In this document: positions 10,450-22,508 of the stretch, one piece after another | How positions within the stretch are numbered: position 1 is the stretch's first letter | Layout: each line of letters begins with the position of its first letter | NCBI RefSeq assembly: GCF_004010195.1 | Contig: NC_057718.1 | Location: 12,683,628 to 12,733,445, forward strand | Reading direction: 5' to 3' | Source of the DNA: Chiloscyllium plagiosum | Taxonomy: Eukaryota | Length of the DNA: 49,818 nucleotides | Notes under the pieces: model-generated | The model's database searches: none | Told to the model about the DNA's origin: nothing | What the model saw: only the letters and a program-made list of their open reading frames with translations | Made by a program: the position numbers and the translations under genes

Positions 10450-13406
10450 TAAAGTTTGCTCTGGATTTCAACCCTAACTTTGTGCAAGACCTCGGCGAGA
10501 CTGAGAATCTATACCAGGGAACCTTTACAGATTAAGAGTACAACTTGGGTTTTAGTACCTAATGAGAAGCAGCTGATTCAGTTCCACTGATTGTAGTAAA
10601 GGTCAGGCCCAAGCTTGATGGGGTGAAATTGGTGGCGAAAGATTCACCTAGATTGGCTCAACACTTTTCTATTAGAAAATGGCTGCCTGAGTGAAGTCCT
10701 ACTTAAATACCTGAAAGTTTTTCAGGAAGGTCTAGGGACTACCGAAGGAGACTAGGCCACCTTGCATGGTGACTAGGAAGCAATTCCATGATTCTGAAAG
10801 GCCCGTCCAGTGCCATTTGCCTAACGGGCAAAAGTAGAGGCATAAATCAGAAGGCTGGAAAGCGAAGGAATTATCAAACCAGTCCTGTTTGCGGAATGGG
10901 CCACAACGGTCATACCAATTGTGAAGAGCGATGGGTCGTTTCGCTTTGTGGGGTTTTTAAACAAATGGTAATCCACTCCTTGCAACCAGATAACTACCCA
11001 GTCAAATCAAGGATTTATACACAAAGCTGGCAGGGGAACCATCCTTCATGATGTTGGACATGAGCCATGTGTACTTGCAATTGTAGTTAGAGAAGGATTC
11101 CCAGAAGTATGTACAATTAATACTAATAAGGATTTGTACCAATACATGAGACTGCCATTTGGGGTATCATCAGCCTGTGCCATTTTTCAGCAGTCTACTC
11201 CAGGTCGCCATTTTTTTAGATGACATGCTAATAACAGGGAAAACCTATGCAGAGCACGTAGAGAACTTGGACATAGTCCTGAGATGTTTCTCCCAAGTGG
11301 GCATACGCCTTAGAAGGGAAAATGTGTGTGCCAGGCCACCTCAAGAGACTTACTTGGGCTACAGAGTCAACAAGACCGGGTTGAAGGCGATCAAAAATGC
11401 CCCTGCACCCATGTCTGTACTGGAGCTTAGGTCTTTCCTTGGGCTATTGAATTATTACAGAAGGTTCATACATAACCTGGGCTCCTTTACATCAATTCTT
11501 GGAAATGGTTACGGGTCAGCCTTGGAAATGGTTGAGCAGCCAAGCCATAACTTTCATCCTCTAACATGTTAGCAAAGTATGGTCCCAAGTGAGATCTGGT
11601 ATTGACATGTGATGCCTTCTCATATGACATTAGGATAGTTTTAGCTCATAGGTGACCCAATGACCGGAATGCCTAATAGCATATGCATCCAGGACTTTGG
11701 CTAGTGCAGAACGTAAATATGCCCAGATGGAGAAGGAAGGTTTGGCAGTCATATTTGAGGTCAGAAAGTTCCACCAATACCTTTTACAGATATAAATTTA
11801 GAATAATAACGGACCACAAACCCCTGCGAGGTCTACCTAAAGAGGACAAGTCAGTTCAACTCACAGCTTTAGGTCGAATTCAGCAGTGGACTCTAATACT
11901 AAGTTCATATAATTACAAGTTGGGACACCGTCCAGGAGGCAAAATTACAAATGTGGAAGCATTGAGCCACCTCTCACTAGCAGATACACTACTGGAAGAG
12001 TCCATAATAGTTTTAAATTTTCTGGACACACTTTCAGTTACCATTGACGACATCAGACTTTGGATGCAAAAGGATCCTGTCTAGGCAAAACTGAAACAAG
12101 CTGGTGGTGATGGGGGAAACCAAAGGGCAGTCACATCCAGAATTAAAACCTTTCATGGATCTGGAGAGACCAGATCACAGTAGAGGACAGTACCTTATTA
12201 TGGGGAGCAAGAGTAATTGTCCTGATCATAGATATTGGCTGAACTTCACCAGGGTCATCCAGGGGTTCCAAAATGAAGATGTTGGCAAGAAGTTATGTCT
12301 GCTGGCCAGGATTGGATTCAGACATGGCTGAATTGGTGAGGTAGTGCCCAGAGTACCAACAAGGACAAAACTTACTGTCAGCTATTCTCCTACATTCGTG
12401 GGAAAGACCGACTAAACCCTGGAATCGGTTACACATCGACTATGCAGCTCCTTTAATGGACTCTATGTAATTAGTCATTGTGGACACCCATTTAAAGTGG
12501 CCATTGAGTTCATTCATCAAACAAGGGAACAATGATAGAAAAACCACATGTATCTTTTGCAATACATGGACTCCTGGATGTGTAGGTCACAAATAATGGG
12601 CCATCATGTACCAGCAGGGAATTTGAGTATTTGCTGTAGTCAAATAATTTTCCTTATATAAGAACAGCTCCCATACCATCCATCATCCAATGGTCTGGCG
12701 GTAAGAGTAGTCCAAACTTTGAAGGCAGGCTCAAAGAAACAGCCTATAGCTTCACTAGATACCAAATAGTCCTGGTTCCTATTTGATTATGGGACCACCC
12801 TTCATGCTACTAAAGGGATAGTCCAGCAGAATTACTAATGGAGAGAACACTCCACACCAGGTTAAATCTGATCTTCCCAGACATGGGAGGGATGGTGAAG
12901 TGGCATCAGGAATGCCAATGCTGGACACAAGATTCCACTACGCAAGAGAGATAGTTTACTTCAGGGGACAAAGTTTGCTGTAGGAACCACAGGACAGGCC
13001 CTGCATGGGTAAGAGGCATGATTGATGTGAGGTCATGTCCACTGACATATAACTTTCGGATAGGCGCAACAGTTCTGAACAAGCATGTGGACCATATAAA
13101 AACTGCAAAGTGCAGGAGCAAAATATGCCCAGCTCTATGACTGCTTTTCCCATGGGTTCTCCCTCTCCATCAAGTGTTGAAGATTCTTTGGAATCTGAAA
13201 TGGACACGGCAGATATCGCCGCCTCACTGCCTTTGCTGCCTGAAGAGGAGAATGAATTTCTTCCCAGGTGCTCTGATTGCAAGAGGCTAGCTACTGTGTG
13301 TTACATGCCGCCCAAATCGGAGGAACCTAACCCTGATGCTATAATGCCCCAGGAAGAGCTACAAAAAAAGAATCAGCCTGTGTCTTCGAATTCAGAGGGG
13401 TAAGGA
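10450..13406 (+). mobile_element. Ty3/Gypsy LTR retrotransposon internal region, 5'-truncated, pol pseudogenised
   Basis: Order PR-RT-RH-IN: RT FLDDMLITGK and LRSFLGLLNYY, RNase H ITDHKPL, integrase PWNRLHIDYA and YHPSSNGLA; many stops and frameshifts; purine tract agaggggtaagga before the LTR. Confidence 0.9.
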
Positions 13407-13793
13407 TGTAGTGATTGTAATGAGGTCAGCCAGGTGGACCTTATAGAATATGAGTTCCCTGATTGGGGCTGTTAATCTGGTTCAGTCAGGGACCCCTGGC
13501 TGACAGATATAAATGGGAGCATCTCACTGCACCTACCCACACACAGCACGGATGATGTAGGGAGAAATTAAGCATTACTGCTGTGCAGTAGTGTAGAGGG
13601 GGAAAATATTTTTTTTTAAATAAACAGGAGATTCAGAAGATCTTCTCAGTAAAAAAAATATAAACAGGAGTGTCAGAGGTTCTGTTCACTCTGAGAGGTG
13701 GCTGTGAGGAAGCTGGATCAGTGTCAAGGACATTCCATACATAAATAAAGGGTGATTTCATGACAGGGTTGCTGCCTCTGTGGAGTTATTTCA
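13407..13793 (+). mobile_element. LTR of the Gypsy element (TG...CA) containing two small inserts
   Basis: Starts TGTAG right after the polypurine tract; TATA-like tataaa, AATAAA ~13744, ends tatttCA. Confidence 0.75.
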
Positions 13794-15576
13794 ATGGTGA
13801 CAAGAGAAAAGCATGCTCCTGAAGATATTTGCTCCAGCCTCTATGGAGTTATTTCAGTTTTTGCTCAACAAAGAGATTAAAAGATATCAAGACAGTCAAG
13901 GTTAGTATCTGGAATTAAGATCCAGATCTACCATGACCTCATTGAGTGGTGCAACAGATTAGAATGGGCTGAATAGCCTCTTCCTGTTCCTAAGTCGTAA
14001 CTACATACAACAGATTACATTCTGAAGAGTTTGTGAAAATACATTTGGGTCCGTAGAGGAAGATTTCCTGGTTTGTTGCATGTTAACAATGTGACCAAAT
14101 TGTAACAAATAGGGTAATCATCACACCATTGTGCCATTGCTGTGACTAATTTTAATTTATTGCCAGCAACATTGATTTGGAAAGACAACGAGACCAAGAA
14201 AGCAAGAGGAATAGAAAGAGAGAAAGAAACTCAAGAAAGTCATTTAGAAAGAGAAAAAGTGTCAGCATTTCACGTCATTCTAGGATTATCTTTTGTTAAT
14301 GTATAAAAATGATATTAAAAATTAAAAATACAACGAGTAGAAATTAGATGCCATTGTGCTGGCTATCAGACTTTACAACAGAAGCAACAATGTCCTGAAT
14401 CCCAAGAACATTTTTAAAAATGCCAACTCCATACTGACACCAAAGTTGTAAGCCCTTTTTTTTATTTCAAAAATATACTTTATTCATAAAAATGTTTTGC
14501 TATCTATACAATTGGTGATGCCATTCATATGTATACATTTCATTTCTTTACATACGCAGATCAGACTGAATCGTTTGTATATACGAGTCTGTATGTTGAT
14601 CATCCTGATGTTTAGCTGAGGCGTCAGCGGAGTCCAATTACTGAGTGGGCCCCCTGTTCTTCTTAGGCAGGCAGACCTAACACGGTGGTCTTTCCTCAAC
14701 GCGCCTTGGCAGCAGCTACCCCAAGCGTCCCTCAACACGTAGTCCTGCACCTTGGAGTGTGCCAGTCTGCAACACTCAATCGGGGTCAACTCCTTCAGCT
14801 GGAAGACCAACAGGTTTCGGGCAGACCAAAGAGCGTCCTTCACTGTGTTTGTGATCCTCCAGGCACAGTTGATGTTCGTTTCAGTGTGCGTCCCGGGGAA
14901 CAGACAGTACAGCACGGAGTCCCACATCACGGAGGTGCTCGGGACAAACACCACTGCATTCCTCTCCAGGCTTCCTTTGGATAGGCACATTCCAGAAGGG
15001 CAGCGCTTCGAGGGCAGCATGCCGTGCTGCAGAGAGTTCGGGCGTGCATGAAGGATCTCACCGGCTGAGCCCTTCTCACCACCAGCCAAGCCATGTCTTG
15101 GTGCTTGCTTGAAAGTTCTGATGATGAGACATTCTGCCAAATGACTTTGACAGTCTGCCTGAGAACTGCTCAACAGGATCCGCCCTCTCCTTTTCCCAAA
15201 GGGTCTCAAGGACCACTTCCTGATGGACTTGTGGTCAAAGGTGTTTTTCTTCATAAACCTCTCCACGAAGGACAAGTGATATGGCACGGTCCAACTACTC
15301 GGAGCGTTCCACGGCAGCGAGGCCAGGCCCATCCTTCGCAACACCGGGGACAGGTAGAACCTCAGTACGTAGTGACACTTTGTGTTTGTATACCGGGGAT
15401 CCACGCACAGCTTGATGCTGCCACCCACAAAGGTGGCCACCAGGGTGAGGGTGGCATTGGGCGTGTTTTTCTCCCCCATTGCCCAGAGCTTTCTACATGG
15501 CGTCCCTCCGGACCTGGTCCATCTTTGATCTCCACCTAAAGTGGAAGATGGCCGGGTAACTGCAGTGGCACAGGTT

Positions 15577-15935
15577 ATTAGATTCCCACAGAGTGGAAAC
15601 AGGCCCTTCGGCCCAACAAGTCCACACCGACCCTCTGAAGAGCAACCTACCCAGACCCATTCCCCTACATTCACCCCTGACTAATGCACCTAACACTATG
15701 GGCAATTTAGCCTGGCCAATTCACCTAACCTTCTGGGAATAGGCCAGACCTGTGCCACAGATAACAATAACCTGCACATCTTTGGACTGTGGGAGGAAAC
15801 CGAAGCACCCGGAGGAAACCCACGCAGACACAGGGAAAATGTGCAAACTCCACACAGACAGTTGCCCAAGGCGGGAATTGAATCCGGGTCCCTGGCACTC
15901 TGAGGCAGCAGTGCTATCCACTGAGCCACTGTGCT
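15577..15935 (-). mobile_element. tRNA-derived shark SINE (HE1-like), interrupted by 40 bp of Tx1 sequence
   Basis: Same family as 23012-23311 and 39125-39441; pol III head at the right end. Confidence 0.8.
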
Positions 15936-16112
15936 GATTCGATTCGATTCGATTCGATTCGATTCGAATCGATTCCCTACAGTGTGGAAACACGCCCTTC
16001 GGCCCAACAAGTCCACATCGACCCTCTGAAGAGTAACCCATCTAGATCCATTTTCCCTCTGACTAATGCACCTAACACTATGGGCAATTTAGCATGGCCA
16101 ATTCACCTAACC
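15936..16112 (-). mobile_element. 5'-truncated SINE copy with (GAATC)n tail
   Basis: (gattc)n at 15936-15975 followed by a SINE 3' half similar to 15577-15730. Confidence 0.8.
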
Positions 16113-16950
16113 TTCTGGGAATAGGCCAGACCTGTGCCACAGATAACAATAATGACAGTACCTCACACCTGATGACCAGGTTTTTACCTGAGATGGAGAG
16201 CGACCGTTGCTCCCATCTGCCCAGTTTCTGCCTCACTTTACTGATACACTCCTCCCAAGACTTGGCGCATGCCCCAGCCCCCCTGAACCAAATACCCAGC
16301 ACTTCAGGTGGTCAGTTCTTACAGTGAAAGGGATAGAGGATTGGTTGGGCCAGTTCACGAAGAGCATAGCCTCGCTCTTGCCTCGGTTTACCTTGGCCCT
16401 CAAGGCCCAGTTGAACTGGTCACAGATGCACCTGAGTCTGTGCATGGACAGCGGATCCATGCACAGAGCAGAAAACAGCAATGTCATCCATGTACAGGGA
16501 GGCCTTAATCTGTAGGCCCCAACTGCCAGGAATAGTCACCCCTCTCAGGCTCGCGTTGTTCCTGATAGACTCGGCAAATGGCTCTATACAGCACACAAAC
16601 AAGGCAGGAGAGAAGGGCAGCCCTGCCTGACTCTAGATCTGACTGGGAAGCTTTCTGCTTCCAACCATTGATTGAGACTGCACTGACAATGTTAGTGAAG
16701 AGCAGTCTGATCCAATTGCAGATTCCCTCCCCAAAGCCCATTTTGGAGAGAACATCTCTCATATACATATGCAATATCCTGTCAAAGGCTTTTTCCTGAT
16801 CCAGGTTGATGAGGCACGTGTCCACCCCCCTGTCCTGCACATAGGCGATCATATCTCTGAGGCGTGCAAGACTCTCAGCAATCTTTCTGCCCAGTACAGC
16901 ACAGGTTTGGTCAGGGTGAATCACCGACCCCAGAGAATACCTGATAAGCC

Positions 16951-18155
16951 TTTTTTTATTTCAAAAATATACTTTATTCAAAAATATTTTGATGATCTGT
17001 ACAATTGGTCATGCCATACATACATATACATTCTATTTCTTTGCATACAGAGATCAGAATTAATCATTTGTATATACAGGTCTGTATGCTTACCATCCAT
17101 ATATCCATATGTTTAGCTGGGGCATCAGCAGAGCCCACTTATTGAGTGGGCCCCCTGTTATTCTTTGGCAGACAGACGTTACACGGTGGTCTTTCCCCAC
17201 CACGCCTTGGCGGCAGCTGCCCCAAGCTTCAGCACGTCCCTCAACACGTAGTCCTGGACCTTGGAATGTACCAGTCTGCAACACTCAGTCAGGGTCAACT
17301 CCTTCAGCTGGAAGATCAACAGGTTTCGGACAGCCCAAGAGCGTCCTTCACCGAGTTGATGATCCTCCAGGCACAGTTGATGTTCGTCTCGGTGTGCATC
17401 CTGGGGAACAGATCGTAGAGCACGGAGTCCCACATCACGGTGCTGCTCGGGACGAACCTCGACAAACACCTCTCCATTCCTCTCCAGACTTCCTTTGTGT
17501 GGGCACATTCCAGAAGGAGGTGTGTGACAGTCACTTCCCCTCCACAACCGCTTTGAGGTTAGAGAGTCCGGGCGTGCATAAAGGATCTCACAGGCAGAGC
17601 CCTTCTCACCACCAGCCAAGCCATGTCTTGGTGCTTGTTGGAAAGTTCTGGCGATGAGGCATTCTGCCAAATGACTTTGACAGTCTGCTCAGGAACCGCT
17701 CGACAGGATCCGCCCTCTCCTTTTCCCGAAGGGGCTCAAGGACACTACGTGCTGACCACTTCCTGATGGACTTATGGTCAAAGGTGTTTTTCTTCATAAA
17801 CTTCTCCACTAAGGACAGGTGAATAGGAACAGTCCAACTACTTGGAGCGTTCCGCGCAAGCGAGGCCAGGCCCATCCTTCGCATACCGAGGACAGGTAGA
17901 ACCTCAGCACGTAGTGACACTTGGTGTTTGTGTACCGGGGATCCACGCACAGCTTGATGCAGCCGCACACAAAGGTGGCCATCAGGGTGAGGGAGGCATT
18001 TGGTGTGCTTTTCCCCCATTGCCCAGATCTTTGTACATAGACCCAGTCCATCTTTGACCTCCATATAAAATGGAAGATGACCCAAGTGACTGCGGCGGTA
18101 CAGGTTCTGGGAATAGGCCAGACCTATGCCACATATAACAACACTGACAATCTGA
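16951..18155 (-). mobile_element. Tx1-like copy B
   Basis: Poly(A) tail; ORF2 C-terminus TVTHLLLECAHTKEVW...AKAWWGKTTV*. Confidence 0.9.
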
Positions 18156-18167
18156 TAAGCCCTTATA

Positions 18168-19177
18168 TTTTTTTTAATTCAAAAATATACTTTATTCATA
18201 AAATAATTTGATGGTCTGTATAGTTGGTCATGCCATACATATGTAAACATTTACATACAGAGATCAAAACTTATCATTTTTATACAGGTCTGTACATTTT
18301 TTGATCATACGCCCATATAATTAGCTGAGGCGTCAGCAGAGCCCAAATGACTGCATGGGCCCCCTGTTCTTCATTTGGCAGGCAGACTTTACACAGTGGT
18401 ATTTCCCCACCGAGCCTTGGCGGCAACTGCCCCAAGCTTCAGCACGTCCCTCAACACGTAGTCCTGCTCGGGACGGACCTCGACAAACACCACTGCATTC
18501 CTCTCCACACTCCTTCTGTGTGGGCACATTCCAGAAGGAGGTGTGTGACAGTCTTGTCCCCTCCACAAACGCTTTGAGGTTAGAGAGTCCGGGCGTGCAT
18601 AAAGGATCTCACAGGCAGAGCCCTTCTCACCACCAGCCAAGCCATGTCTTGGTGCTTGTTGGAAAGTTCTGGCGATGAGGCATTCTGCCAAATGACTTTG
18701 ACAGTCTGCTCAGGGAACCGCTCGACAGGATCCACCCTCTCCTTTTCCCGAAGGGTCTCAAGGACACTACGTGCTGACCACTTCCTGATGGACTTGTGGT
18801 CAAAGGTGTTTTTCTTCATAAACTTCTCCACGAAGGACAGGTGAATAGGAACAGTCCAACTACTTGGAGCGTTCCGCACAAGCGAGGCCAGGCCCATCCT
18901 TCGCATACCGAGGACAGGTAGAACCTCAGTATGTAGTGACACTTGGTGTTTGCGTACCGAGGATCCACGCACAGCTTGATGCAGCCGCACACAAAGGTGG
19001 CCATCAGGGTGAGGGAGGCATTCGGTGTGTTTTTCCCCCATTGCCCAGATCTTTGTACATAGACCCAGTCCATCTTTGACCTCCATATAAAATGGAAGAT
19101 GACCCAAGTGACTGCGGCGGCACAGGTTCTGGGAATAGGCCAGACCTATGCCACATATAACAACACTGACAAACTGA
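18168..19177 (-). mobile_element. Tx1-like copy C
   Basis: Poly(A) tail; same 5' truncation as copy B; additional internal deletion. Confidence 0.9.
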
Positions 19178-19189
19178 TAAGCCCTTATA

Positions 19190-19965
19190 TTTTTTTTATT
19201 TCAAAAATATACTTTATTCATAAAATAATTTGATGGTCTGTATAGTTGGTCATACCATACATATGTAAACATTTACATACAGAGATCAAAACTTATCATT
19301 TTTATACAGGTCTGTACATTTTTTTATCATACGCCCATATAATTAGCTGAGGCGTCAGCAGAGCCCAAATGACTGCATGGGCCCCCTGTTCTTCGTTAGG
19401 CAGGCAGACTTTACACAGTGGTATTTCCCCACTGATCCTTGGCGGCAACTGCCCCAAGCTTCAGCGCGTCCCTCAACACGTAGTCCTGGACCATGGAATG
19501 TTCCAGTCTGCAGCACTCAGTCGGGGTCAACTCCTTCAGCTGGAAGATCAGCAGGTTTCGGACCACCCAGAGAGCATCCTTCACCAAGTTGATGATCCTC
19601 CAGGCACAGATGATGTTCGTCTTGGTGTGCGTCCCGGGGAACAGGCCGTAGAGCACGGAGTCCCGCGTCACGGCGCTGCTCGGGCCTTCGCAACACCGGG
19701 GACAGGTAGAACCTCAGTACGTAGTGACACTTGGTGTTTGCGTACCGGGGATCCACGCACAGCTTGATGCAGCCACACACAAAGGTGGCCATCAGGGTGA
19801 GGGAGGCATTTGGTGTGTTTTTCCCCCATTGCCCAGATCTTTGTACATAGACCCAGTCCATCTTTGACCTCCATATAAAATGGAAGATGACCCAAGTGAC
19901 TGCGGCAGCACAGGTTCTGGGAATAGGCCAGACTTATGCCACATATAACAACACTGACAATCTGA
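19190..19965 (-). mobile_element. Tx1-like copy D
   Basis: Poly(A) tail; 3'UTR nearly identical to copy C; same 5' truncation; large internal deletion near 19683. Confidence 0.9.
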
Positions 19966-20310
19966 TAAGCCCTTATATAACAAGCATCTAACCACTTGAG
20001 GTTTTACCCAGTACAAAAGCAACCAAACAATGGAATTTTGCCAATGAGGACAATACCTTCTCTAGTAAGGTTGACTAATGAATGAAGGAACAGCAGATCC
20101 TCCTCCCATCTTTGTAACACTCCAGAGGATTACTGCTGACTTGTCATCGATCACCTCCTCATTGTGCTGTCAACCCCATACACTCTTCCAGGATTTACCT
20201 AAGGACCATTGCTAGCAAGGCAAATGACCTGAAAATTCACCCACTACAAATAAGCAAGTTTCATCATGAGTAATGATAGGATTCAGTCGCTTGCTTAGAC
20301 TAAAAAAAGG

Positions 20311-20690
20311 ATAAAGACATGCATTAAGATAGCACCTTTCACAACCACCAGATGTCTCAAAGCACTTTAGAGCCAATGAATTACTTTTAAATCACTTGTA
20401 ATGTAGGAACGCGGCAGCCAATTTGTGCGCAGCAAGCTTCCTCAAAACTGTAATATGATAATGATATATTATTTTCTAAATTTTTTTGACATTAATTGAT
20501 GTGAATGCTACTGACCTCTGAAATAGTGTTGTGGAATCGTTTGCATCCATCCAGCAGGCAGATGTGACATTTGTTTAATGTCTCATCTGAAAGAAGGCAC
20601 TTCTACCAGAGCAGCATGTCCGTGGTATTGTGCTGGGGTGTCAGTGTAGCCTTCCATACTCAAGCCTTGAGTCCTAACCCTGGCACCTTG
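20311..20690 (-). mobile_element. Deu-domain SINE (SacSINE1/AmnSINE1-like)
   Basis: Reverse complement carries a Deu-like core (gtgccttctttcagatgagacattaaac) and tail (cattggctctaaagtgctttgagac..tgaaaggtgcta). Confidence 0.6.
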
Positions 20691-21183
20691 TAACTTTTTG
20701 AAATGGGGCCCTTTTACCAATGGGGCACTTTTTTCATCGAAGTCATTGATTGTGGACCTGAAAACAGGCCATGTTCAAATAACTACCCAAATTTACTGTT
20801 GTTTCTTTGTGGCCTAGTGAGTTACTTGTGCTCTGATTCTTACCCTTGCTTTTCCAGGACGATAGATATAAGACACACTGTCCTTTGGACTGCAGTGTGT
20901 CAATGGCAATATTCCAAGACACAATCTTTAAACAACAGAACCACAGACACTAGACATCAACCTGTCCAGGTACAAAAAAAAGTTATCAATCTGATCCAGG
21001 ACAGATTGTTTCCCCACCTAATAGCACCAACATTTCAATTTAACATCTTCAAAAAGAAAGTGACATATTCAGAGCAAGCAATAAAGATAATGGGAAGAAT
21101 GAAGGCAAGACACGGCTGCAACTGATGGTTCTTGTTGCAAATGACTGCGGAAACAATTTATGTCAAGGGCAGTCAGGGTGGCA

Positions 21184-21213
21184 GAGAGAGAGAGAGACAG
21201 AGAGAGACAGAGA
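21184..21213. repeat. (GA)n/(GACA) microsatellite
   Basis: Seen directly. Confidence 0.9.
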
Positions 21214-21961
21214 CATACCTCTAAGAAGCATTAGCACATTCATTTGCAATTGAAATCCTGCACAGACGCTATCATTACCATTCCAATGAGTTTGGCTTTA
21301 TGTCTTTGAACCTTGTGTGACACATTACCTGATCTCGCACCACTTGCCCATCTGCCATAGAGAAATAAGCAACATGTTTGGAGCAAGCTGAGTGAAGGGA
21401 TTAATATCCACCATCAATCAGACACTGGCACTTGCTGTAGTCTGGCATGCTGTTCCCACAACCGAGTCACTTACCTCAATACATGCTTCACTGAAAACTG
21501 AAGCCGCTGTAAGGCAAAATGTCTTTTGTCTACAAGACTTTACCTTGTTCAGACACTGGTCTGGGAAGCATTTGAATACTCTCGCAGCCCAGCAAGTAGG
21601 TGTCAGACCAGCGCAGCACTATTCTGCTTCCACTCCAAATTCTTTTTCCTGTTTTTCTATTTAATTCCTCAAAATTTCTTAGGCAATCTGTATGCACAAA
21701 AGTGAATATAAGTAAATGGGGGGAGATGTTACTGAGCTCTGGGCATTGTTGTGGTGATAGATATAAATAGGAGAAAAAGTGACAAAATATTTCTAAAAGG
21801 GATAACTTTCTCAAAGCCGGGAATAAAATGATAGGAGTCATCTTTAGAACAGGAATCTACCTTCACAGTGGAGGTTACAGCATTATATTCTTCATAGATA
21901 AACATGCAAGTAATCCAAGTGTCTAATTACATCAAGCCAAAGCACACACATCCGTTCTATT

Positions 21962-22508
21962 CGGAGAAAGTGAGGACTGCAGATGCTGGAGATCAGAGCT
22001 TAAAAATGTGTTGCTGGAAAAGCGCAGCAGGTCAGGCAGCATCAAAGGAACAGGAGAGAGGACAGCAAATGCTGGAGATCAGAGCGTAAAAATGTGTTGC
22101 TGGAAAAGCGCAGCAGGTCAGGCTCCCGATGCGGTCTCCTCTACATTGGAGAGACTGGGCGCCTCCTCGCAGAGCGCTTTAGGGAACATCTCCAGGACAC
22201 CCGCACCAATCAACCACACCGCCCCGTGGCCCAACATTTCAACTCCTCCTCCCACTCTGCCGAGGACATGGAGGTCCTGGGCCTTCTTTACCACCGCTCC
22301 CTCACCACCAGACGCCTGGAGGAAGATGGCCTCATCTTCCACCTCAGAACACTTCAACCCCAGGTCCTCTAGCTTATCTCTCCACGCTTCAGGCTCTCTG
22401 CCTTTATTCCTGATGAAGGGCTTTTGCCCGAAACGTCGATTTCGCTGCTCCTTGGATGCTGCCTGAACTACTGTGCTGTTCCAGCACCACTAATCCAGCA
22501 TCAAAGGA
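21962..22508 (+). mobile_element. Internally deleted Penelope-like element with GIY-YIG remnant and 3' hammerhead
   Basis: RCGLLYIGETGRLLAERFREH..PVAQHFNS..RRLEE (GIY-YIG endonuclease); 5' inverted copies of the 3' terminus; flanked by acatccgttctatt / acatccattccatt. Confidence 0.85.
22406..22441 (+). ncRNA. Minimal type I hammerhead ribozyme motif
   Basis: AUUC CUGAUGA A GGGC-uuuu-GCCC GAAA C GUC GAUU; predicted cleavage after C22437. Confidence 0.65.

Larger units (their letters stand above)
14456..16944 (-). mobile_element. Tx1-like (L1 clade) non-LTR retrotransposon copy A, 5'-truncated, with SINE insertions
   Basis: Poly(A) tail at 14456; RT motifs HPDQTCAV, LDQEKAFDRI and LYMDD; frameshifted. 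Confidence 0.9.

Noticed and set aside
10450..13406. Domesticated Gypsy-derived gene
   Set aside because: Many stops and frameshifts across RT, RNase H and integrase.
14484..15674. 396 aa minus-strand ORF as a novel gene
   Set aside because: Chance fusion of a SINE-derived start with frameshifted Tx1 ORF2 pieces and 3'UTR read-through.
15936..15975. (GATTC)n as a telomere-like or functional repeat
   Set aside because: It is the expanded 3' tail of the adjacent SINE.
14449..19978. CRISPR-like repeat/spacer array (recurring taagccctt motif)
   Set aside because: The intervening sequences are 0.8-2.5 kb homologous retrotransposon copies in a vertebrate genome, and there are no cas genes.
22094..22372. 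Stand-alone GIY-YIG nuclease gene
   Set aside because: N-terminally truncated fragment inside a deleted Penelope-like element; its start codon comes from the inverted terminus.
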